Shown here piece after piece: positions 36,457 to 43,571 of a stretch of DNA of 64,000 bases (position 1 is the stretch's first letter; the number at the start of each line of letters is the position of its first letter). The position numbers and the translations under genes were made by a program. The notes under the pieces are model-generated. The model was not told the DNA's origin, ran no database searches, and saw nothing but the letters and a program-made list of their open reading frames with translations. This DNA comes from a virus. Location of the stretch: positions 3,072 to 67,071 of IMG/VR virus record IMGVR_UViG_2731639221_000003, one strand, 5' to 3'.

Positions 36457-37020
36457 TTATTTGCTGTTACATTTCAATTTTGGAGGGTCATAAGAGTTCA
36501 TTCCCTTATTGGTAACTACTCTTTTAAATTGGGATAAGTCTTTTTTACAGAAATAATAATGTGCCCCTCTAATTTTTTCATTTATGACAAATTCAGGATA
36601 AGCCTTTTCATCATTTATAAAAGTTGAATCTATTTGATTGTATTTAGACAGTACATTAACTATTTCGTTCGATAATATCTGAGTGGAATCCCCCCAATAT
36701 ATTAATTTATTATTCCGTTCTATATAATGTGATGGAAAAATATTCGTTTCTGCTCCAATTTTATCTTTCGTACTTGGATAGATTTTATTTTCATGTACGC
36801 TTGAAATACTGACTCCCAATATATCATCATTATCAATATAGATATTTACTGAAAAAACGCTGTCTGTTTTCTGCAAACTGCATTTATCCAGAAAATCGTT
36901 TACAGCTATTCTAATTGCCTCATTACGCAAATCGTCATTATAAACTCTATTTTGCATAGCAGCACAGCAAATAAAAAGGATAGCCAACCCAAAAATCAAT
37001 TTTAAGTTTAAAATATTCAT
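36457..37020 (-). CDS. Putative immunity protein (exported) for the upstream JAB toxin
   Basis: Signal peptide; starts 3 bp after the toxin stop. Confidence 0.5.
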   Translation of the reverse strand: MNILNLKLIFGLAILFICCAAMQNRVYNDDLRNEAIRIAVNDFLDKCSLQKTDSVFSVNIYIDNDDILGVSISSVHENKIYPSTKDKIGAETNIFPSHYIERNNKLIYWGDSTQILSNEIVNVLSKYNQIDSTFINDEKAYPEFVINEKIRGAHYYFCKKDLSQFKRVVTNKGMNSYDPPKLKCNSK

Positions 37021-37022
37021 AA

Positions 37023-37976
37023 TTAATATTCTATTGGTGAATAGCCTAGTGTAAGAATTGTAAACTTCTTCACCTGTTTATGATACTTTTGAGTATTGCT
37101 TTTACCATTTAAGTCCTGTTCGGAAGGTCTTGTTTTATCGCTAACGGCTGCTCGTGAGGGGTGTGTATGCCAATCAGTATGTTCATAAAGATTACCCATT
37201 ACAGAAGGATAGTCCCTTTGCCCATTATAATTTTTGTATGCTTTATCATATTTATTGTTTTCATATTTACCGATATGAACATTGCTAATGTTTTCAGTTC
37301 CTTTATTTGCAAGATCATATCCGCTTATCTCAACACCAACCATTTCAGAAAAATTCATAATAAAATCTTGAACACCACTCAATGTAGCCTGATTTTCTCC
37401 ACCGACTGCTACGAGGTTATTTTCAGTTTTAAAATTAATGCCATCCTTCAAAATTCCTTTCTCAATACCATCCATTCGGGTTTTTGCTTCTCCCTTTTTA
37501 TTTGTTTGCAAGGTATAAGTGTCGGTTTTCTTATCATATTTGAATTTTCCAATCTGATCTGTTTTATCGTTATTTTGCACAGCAAGAGTAAATTGTCCCG
37601 ACTTATCATCAAAACGGTAAATATCCCGTCCGTCTGGGTCGATAAATTTAATTGGATTATTTGCGGCATAAGCATAGGGTGAAATCCAGTAATATCTCTC
37701 GCAATGAGGATCAATAGACATCGCAGCCGTAGCCGCAGGGATGTCAATAGTTGTTTGTCCTTCATCGAGAACTTTTACGATCTGTTTCGTCTTGGTGTCG
37801 AACAATACAGAACCGATTTCAACCATATCCGTCTGGTCGTGAAATTCTTCAAATTCGCCTTTGGATGAAGTGGCGACCAATAGATCATAGCCTAATTTTT
37901 GAAACGGATTCACCGTTTGACAAAAAATATAAATGGGAATTAACGTAAAGATTAAGGTAAATAACAATTTTTTCAT
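37023..37976 (-). CDS. Signal-peptide mini-Rhs polymorphic toxin with a C-terminal JAB-like domain
   Basis: SIDPHCERYYWISPYAYAANNPIKFIDPDG (Rhs core end / DPxG cleavage motif) with no YD repeats; HTHPS...PSEQD JAB motif. Confidence 0.75.
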   Translation of the reverse strand: MKKLLFTLIFTLIPIYIFCQTVNPFQKLGYDLLVATSSKGEFEEFHDQTDMVEIGSVLFDTKTKQIVKVLDEGQTTIDIPAATAAMSIDPHCERYYWISPYAYAANNPIKFIDPDGRDIYRFDDKSGQFTLAVQNNDKTDQIGKFKYDKKTDTYTLQTNKKGEAKTRMDGIEKGILKDGINFKTENNLVAVGGENQATLSGVQDFIMNFSEMVGVEISGYDLANKGTENISNVHIGKYENNKYDKAYKNYNGQRDYPSVMGNLYEHTDWHTHPSRAAVSDKTRPSEQDLNGKSNTQKYHKQVKKFTILTLGYSPIEY

Positions 37977-38075
37977 AATGCTCTGATTGTTATGTGTTTT
38001 TTATACGAGTAATACGCACGAAATATATTAATATTTGTTTAAATAACAAAGTGTTTCTCAATTTATTTTAATAAT

Positions 38076-38555
38076 TTATCTGCGAAATCTTGGGTTAAAC
38101 GGAATGTATAATTTGTAGGCTATATTTATACCGTCTTGGGAGGCAGGAATCCATTGCTGAACTTTCGAGAATGATGCCAGAACCAATTTGACATAGCCAT
38201 CGCATTTATTGATATTCTTAGATTTTTTCCTCCTTTCTTCTTTTCCATAACAAACAACATTCCCTTTGGAATCTATAATTGCATATATTGTCAAAGGTCT
38301 TACATAAATAGAATCGCCGTTTTCGTCAACTAGGCTTAGGGGAATTTTCAAATCCCTTATTACTATGTCAGTGATAGCCTGATTATCGGGCAATCGGGGC
38401 GGTGTATCAGATTGCAGGAACACAGGTTCATTTAATAATGAATCTTTGCAACAAGAACATTTTACATTATCGTTGTTTTCGGAATAGTTGTTCTGTGCGA
38501 AACCGACATAATATGACAGGTTTATTATAAATAGAAGCAATATAAGTTTTTTCAT
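38076..38555 (-). CDS. Exported TonB C-terminal-like protein; possible immunity or accessory factor
   Basis: Signal peptide; AIIDSKGNV...WIPASQDG...YIP pattern of TonB-C domains. Confidence 0.5.
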   Translation of the reverse strand: MKKLILLLFIINLSYYVGFAQNNYSENNDNVKCSCCKDSLLNEPVFLQSDTPPRLPDNQAITDIVIRDLKIPLSLVDENGDSIYVRPLTIYAIIDSKGNVVCYGKEERRKKSKNINKCDGYVKLVLASFSKVQQWIPASQDGINIAYKLYIPFNPRFRR

Positions 38556-38564
38556 TTGGTTTAT

Positions 38565-40157
38565 TCATTTAGGTCTAATTTGTTCCTCTAATTCTTTACC
38601 GGGGAAATTTGCTTCATCCCAATATGTGTCCCATTCCGATCTGATGTGTGAGGCTTCGGCTACGTCTTGGACTGTCCCTTTTCCTTTTTGCTGCCTGTCA
38701 ATTTCATTGAATATAAACTGTAATTGTCCTTTAGTGATGTATTCGGGACGTTTTAATTTCCAAAGATCGCTTAGTTTCTTCCCATCAATTATTTTAACAT
38801 CATAATTCATAATATTGTAGGCGATATTTGGGTCTGTTCCCTGAACCGTAATAAGGCGTTCCCATCCTATATTAATCAGTTTGGTATCTTCCGCTTGTGT
38901 CAAGGCAAAAGGGTGGTGCAAACGTAATGTATGGAGTAATTCGTGTACTCCGCTTTCTCCTAAGTCTGTGGTTAAAAAGGAATCGTCGATAGGCATTGAT
39001 TCGACTTTGGCATGAACGTCAGTCGTTTGAGTTCCTAATGTGAAAAATCCTTCTACCTTTTTGGCTTCTTCGATAATGTCAAGTTTGGGGACAACTTGCG
39101 GTGGTTCTTTGGTATATGTCCCGTCAAAGAACAGCTTACCTGTTACCAGCCCGTCCGAAGACAATTCAAGTGTTCGTTTGAATTGGTTGTTTACTGCTTC
39201 CTTGTAATCACCTTCGGTACAGCCCATTGCCAAATAGTTTACTTTAGATTCAATATTGGCGAATATTTTTAATAATCCACCATCTTTAATCCACGTCCAT
39301 CCGAAATTCTCTTTTAGTTCTCCGACTTTATTATCGTTATAGTAAAATTCGATATTACCAAAATTCTGATTATCTGCTTTAAAGTCACATTCTACTTTAA
39401 AGTACGGGATTGTCATTGTGCCGTTTTCCTCAATCGTACCGTTGATTGTAAATTCTTTGGCTTGCCCTTTTATTCGTCTGCCTTTGTTTTGTTTTACGGT
39501 AAACTCTACATTGTCACCTTCGGTAAATTTGCTAAATTCAATTTCTAAATCAGTCGAATGATTCAGCATTATATCTTTACGCTCAATACCTCTTTCCCGT
39601 CCTTTCCAATAAATACGCTTTATAGCGGGTTCGGCTTTTTCCTGCGGTTGTCCTCCTTGTTGGTTTATATCGGTCTGCTTCCAGTTCTTTTGGAACACGA
39701 GTTGTTTATTGACACGTATAGTCGCAGGCGAGATTGTGAAGGCTAGTATCATAGGTATGTTAGAATATGCACTATGATGTTCCGAAATTTCAGTTATCCA
39801 CGCATCCCAAAACTCGATACGTCGCATAGGCATATATTCGTCTTTGTGGTCGTATAGTTCTATCACACCATGATTTAGGTATGTACGCCCCTCTTTTAGA
39901 TTTGATTTGAACCAGTGATAGAAAAAATCGTCGTCGTCGGTCGATTCCATTGTGAAGTCGAAAAGTCCGCCCAATGGTTCGCCGTAACGTCTGAAAGCAT
40001 AGGGCGAGGCTTTGGCGACCGCCATATAATCGTATAGTGTTGGATATGTTTTAGTGACTTTTGAAAAGTCGACACCCCACATGTCAAAAAGGTAATTGTG
40101 ATAAGTTAATAAGGTGCGTTCTTCACCTTCTACTTTCAGTATTGCTTTAAATGCCAT
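38565..40157 (-). CDS. tssD: TssD (Bacteroidetes T6SS Hcp) fused to a C-terminal zinc metallopeptidase effector
   Basis: N-terminal MAFKAILKVEG...GVIELY...RRIEFWDAWITEISE...FTISPATI; C-terminal HELLHTLRLHH and NIMNY Met-turn; -7 box TATATTTG at 40228-40221 places the start at 40157. Confidence 0.75.
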   Translation of the reverse strand: MAFKAILKVEGEERTLLTYHNYLFDMWGVDFSKVTKTYPTLYDYMAVAKASPYAFRRYGEPLGGLFDFTMESTDDDDFFYHWFKSNLKEGRTYLNHGVIELYDHKDEYMPMRRIEFWDAWITEISEHHSAYSNIPMILAFTISPATIRVNKQLVFQKNWKQTDINQQGGQPQEKAEPAIKRIYWKGRERGIERKDIMLNHSTDLEIEFSKFTEGDNVEFTVKQNKGRRIKGQAKEFTINGTIEENGTMTIPYFKVECDFKADNQNFGNIEFYYNDNKVGELKENFGWTWIKDGGLLKIFANIESKVNYLAMGCTEGDYKEAVNNQFKRTLELSSDGLVTGKLFFDGTYTKEPPQVVPKLDIIEEAKKVEGFFTLGTQTTDVHAKVESMPIDDSFLTTDLGESGVHELLHTLRLHHPFALTQAEDTKLINIGWERLITVQGTDPNIAYNIMNYDVKIIDGKKLSDLWKLKRPEYITKGQLQFIFNEIDRQQKGKGTVQDVAEASHIRSEWDTYWDEANFPGKELEEQIRPK

Positions 40158-40294
40158 AGTGTGTTTTATTAATTGTGTTAGAAGAAATTGTTTGTGAAGT
40201 ATATAAAAACACTCCACAAACAAATATATAAAGATATGGTTGTGAATTAAACTTTTTTTTAAATTATTCTATCTAAATAGAATAATTTAAAAAT

Positions 40295-41956
40295 CTATTC
40301 AGGATATAACAGAGCTTTTATATTAAATTCATTCATTCCCGCCTGATGTAATTTTCGCTCAATATTCCATTTGATGTCAGTAAGATTAAATGTATTTCCT
40401 TTGCTATCTATTATAAATGCAATGGCTTCTTCGGAATATTGAAGGTGACATAACATCAATATTATAAGATCGGTGTCGGTTAACGCTCCCGAAAGTTTTT
40501 TACCGAGATAGAGGTCACTTGAAAGATAGTCTTTAGCCACGATCAATAATTGTTCGTTGGTTTGCTTTTTCAATGCGTCAACCATTGCCTTGATTTCGAT
40601 ATAGATTTCTATGTCTATTTCTTCCCTTCCTGTCAATAATATTTGGTTGACTTTGGTTTCTATGTCAGACCACCCGATGATGAAGTGTTCATACACATTT
40701 TCAAGGTAGCTTTTACTTGCTATGCTGTGTTCGAATAATCGGTCTTGCGTTAAGGAATGTACTTTTTCTTCCAGTTTTTTTAGTTTTTTGTATTTCCTTT
40801 TACGGCAAAACATAATTGCCAACAGCATCAAGATAAAAACTGTGACTTGCAGTAATACAAAGAATTTTCTTTCTGCTTTATGTTCTTGTTCCTGAATCTG
40901 CAACTGATATTTGTTTTCAGCGTTGAACAGTTTTTCGGTACTTCTTTCCTCCAATATCTTTTGGTTAGCTTCCATTTGTAATCCTTTATAATAAAGGGCT
41001 TGGCTGACATCGCCTATTTGTGAGTTATAATCGGATAATGAACCGTAAATACTTTCAAGTAAATAGTTATCTTTAATTGCAGAGACTTGGTTTTTAATTA
41101 AGTCTGTATAATATTTAGCTGAATCGGGTTTGCTTTTTTCGTTATACAATAAGGAGAGGTTCAGATATATTTTGAGCGAATCTTTGGTATTAGCTGTTTG
41201 CTCTAAAGCCTTACTCAGATAAACGGTTGATTTATCATACTGCTTCATCCTCATAGTGATATATCCTAAGTTATAGGCTTGTATGGCTTTATGCTCGGCA
41301 TTGTCCGTTTCATTTGCCAAATCCAATGATTTGTTGAAAAAGTAATATGCACTGTCTAACTTGTTCGCCAGATCATACGAACGCCCTAACGCTGACATAA
41401 CCTGTAATCGCCTTATACCTGTTTCGGATTCGTTGTTATATAGATTCAGTGCATCGTGTAAATGTACAATGGAGCTATCGGTAATGCCTTGTTCCAAGTA
41501 TATATTTCCTAAGAAATGAAGGCTTTTGGCTGCCAGCATCGTATTTTTGGCTTTACGGGAATACGCTGTTGCGAGCAAAAATGAGTTAAGAGCTTTTTCG
41601 GGTACGTGTTGTGAACGATATACTGTCCCCGCATAAAAGTTAGCAACTGCGGCTTTGTCAAAATTACTTATGTCATTGTAATATTTCTGAGCTTCAAATA
41701 CAAGAGTGTCGCCAGTTATATCTTCATCGTTATTGTATCTTGCTTGTACACGGGTTACTACATATTGCATGTAGTTGCCTTTTCCCATTTTTTCGGGGCT
41801 TTTAATTGAATCGAGCAGAATAATGGCATTTGATGGATTGTTTGCTGCCTCATTTTGAGCCTGTTTTAGCAAGTCCACTGAACGGTTATCTGTACATGAA
41901 AACAAAAAAAGTAGTACGATTGGGAATAAGGTGCTTTTTTGTAATGATATTGTCAT
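40295..41956 (-). CDS. Membrane-spanning TPR sensor/regulator (exported TPRs, TM helix, degenerate LuxR-like HTH)
   Basis: LLFLFSC signal, TPR repeats, TM FFVLLQVTVFILMLLAIMFC, C-terminal LTDTDLIILML...EEAIAFII...IERKL. Confidence 0.7.
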   Translation of the reverse strand: MTISLQKSTLFPIVLLFLFSCTDNRSVDLLKQAQNEAANNPSNAIILLDSIKSPEKMGKGNYMQYVVTRVQARYNNDEDITGDTLVFEAQKYYNDISNFDKAAVANFYAGTVYRSQHVPEKALNSFLLATAYSRKAKNTMLAAKSLHFLGNIYLEQGITDSSIVHLHDALNLYNNESETGIRRLQVMSALGRSYDLANKLDSAYYFFNKSLDLANETDNAEHKAIQAYNLGYITMRMKQYDKSTVYLSKALEQTANTKDSLKIYLNLSLLYNEKSKPDSAKYYTDLIKNQVSAIKDNYLLESIYGSLSDYNSQIGDVSQALYYKGLQMEANQKILEERSTEKLFNAENKYQLQIQEQEHKAERKFFVLLQVTVFILMLLAIMFCRKRKYKKLKKLEEKVHSLTQDRLFEHSIASKSYLENVYEHFIIGWSDIETKVNQILLTGREEIDIEIYIEIKAMVDALKKQTNEQLLIVAKDYLSSDLYLGKKLSGALTDTDLIILMLCHLQYSEEAIAFIIDSKGNTFNLTDIKWNIERKLHQAGMNEFNIKALLYPE

Positions 41957-42061
41957 AGAAGTGAGAATTTGGTTCTAATGCTCAGGAATCCCTAAACCCG
42001 TTATTAAACAGGCTTAGAAATTGGTGTTGGTATATCTCCTTAGAGACTGTTACTATTCAGA

Positions 42062-42376
42062 TTATTTGATACTGTCGCTATCCTGATCGGTAGCTATACT
42101 TTCTTTGGGTGTATCAACAAATTGACTTTTGGGGTCGCCACTTCCTCCCGTATTTCCCAGACCGGCAGAAAACACTTGTGGTTGCGGGTTAGAAATTAGT
42201 GTGTCGCTACTGTTTTTAACTACTTGATTTGCGTTTTTCAATGACTCTATTTTGGGATCACCGCTACCGCCTGTATTGCCCAGACCCATATCTTCTATTT
42301 CGGCATTGGAACAGGAAGAAAAAACAAATACAATGGAACATAGTAAACTGAAAAAGGTAAAGCATTTAATTTTCAT
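42062..42376 (-). CDS. Small lipoprotein with two identical GLGNTGGSGDPK peptides
   Basis: Lipobox-like VFSSC; repeats at 42251-42286 and 42128-42163 differ at 7 synonymous and 0 non-synonymous sites. Confidence 0.75.
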   Translation of the reverse strand: MKIKCFTFFSLLCSIVFVFSSCSNAEIEDMGLGNTGGSGDPKIESLKNANQVVKNSSDTLISNPQPQVFSAGLGNTGGSGDPKSQFVDTPKESIATDQDSDSIK

Positions 42377-42573
42377 AATACAATTTTTGAATGTGGGAAT
42401 AATAGATTAATTTGGACGCTAGGTTTAGTTTAGTTCTTAATCCTGCAAATCTAGCACGCTATAACGCAAAAAACAATACTTTTACTGCCCTATATAGATT
42501 TTTGTTAAAGCCATAGCAATCTAAATAACTTATATTAAGATATATACCAGATAGTAAGTATACTTATCATACA

Positions 42574-42885
42574 GATTTTTTTTAGAGCCGTCTTATTAAA
42601 AACAGTAAAATATGATGGGTTAATTTCTAAAAAAAATGGCGTTCCTTTTGCTAAAATATGTAAAAATGATTCGTATCAATGACAGTATGATAAAACACTA
42701 TAATTATAGGTTTGTTTGCCCCATACAGATTTTACAGCTTTTAAAAACGTTAATATAAACATTGTTAAGAAATTAAAAAAACGACATGCGGATTTTTTTA
42801 GAGCCGTCTTGTTAAAACAGTAAAATATGATGGGTTAATTTCTAAAAAAATGCCATTTTTTTGCTAAAATATATAAAAATTGATT
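42574..42885. repeat. About 95-bp imperfect direct repeat pair (42574-42671, 42791-42885)
   Basis: Both copies contain AGAGCCGTCTT..TAAAACAGTAAAATATGATGGGTTAATTTCTAAAAAAA...TTTGCTAAAATAT.TAAAAAT. Confidence 0.85.
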
Positions 42886-42976
42886 TATCGGGTGGGAATT
42901 GTTCATTCCATCCGAAGCATTCTATCGGGATGAAATATGAAGGTATTCCCAATTTTGGCACATCCTAAAAAATAGC

Positions 42977-43040
42977 TATATTTGTGTAAACGATACAGAG
43001 GCACATAGCCCGAATTGGAGAAATCCTTTTCGGGCTTTTT
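42977..43040 (+). promoter_or_regulatory. Late-leader element 4 upstream of the distal tail operon
   Basis: TATATTTG-N12-AGAGGCA-CAT-AGCCCGAA...TTCGGGCTTTTT. Confidence 0.8.
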
Positions 43041-43057
43041 GCATTTACACACAAACG

Positions 43058-43513
43058 ATGGCACAAAACTATAAACCTTGTCTGTTTCAGAAAATAGCGG
43101 GTAATACACCTGTAAGGGACAGTATGGAATGGGGTATTTATATAAAAAGTGTCCCCTTTAAAGTATTCCCCGACATCAAAGAACCGCCTTCCCGTGACTG
43201 GATGGATGAACACGGGGACGATGAATATTTATCTAATACCCCCTACTACAAAGCATACGAGATTGATTGTCAGTTTGTCTTTATCGGGACGAACGGAACA
43301 GCCAATACCAAAATCAAAGCCTTTCTGAGCTATCTGGCAGAGGGTGGCAAATTCAGGATGTACGACACTTATACAAAAATAGGGCGTACCGATGTACGCT
43401 ATGTCAGCTACTCGGAAGATGTGTTTTACCGCCGTGAAGGGCAGGACGATGTAGTTATGTTCTCTGTGAAGTTGAAAGTAAACGACCCTATTACGGACAT
43501 AAGCCTCCCCTAA
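43058..43513 (+). CDS. Distal tail protein (Dit-like)
   Basis: 151 aa; DWMDEHGDDEY...LKVNDP; position upstream of the hub gene. Confidence 0.65.
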   Translation: MAQNYKPCLFQKIAGNTPVRDSMEWGIYIKSVPFKVFPDIKEPPSRDWMDEHGDDEYLSNTPYYKAYEIDCQFVFIGTNGTANTKIKAFLSYLAEGGKFRMYDTYTKIGRTDVRYVSYSEDVFYRREGQDDVVMFSVKLKVNDPITDISLP

Positions 43514-43531
43514 CCCCTCCAAAGGAGGGGA
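43504..43531. repeat. REP-like palindrome CCTCCCCTAACCCCTCC-AAA-GGAGGGG
   Basis: C-rich leader plus hairpin at the gene end. Confidence 0.5.
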
Positions 43532-43571
43532 AGAAAGACGCAAAGCGATTAAAACACAACCTTAATACAAA

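Noticed and set aside
38565-40157. A complete phage-encoded T6SS or contractile injection system
   Set aside because: No sheath, baseplate, VgrG, PAAR or ClpV genes; the tail module is of the non-contractile type
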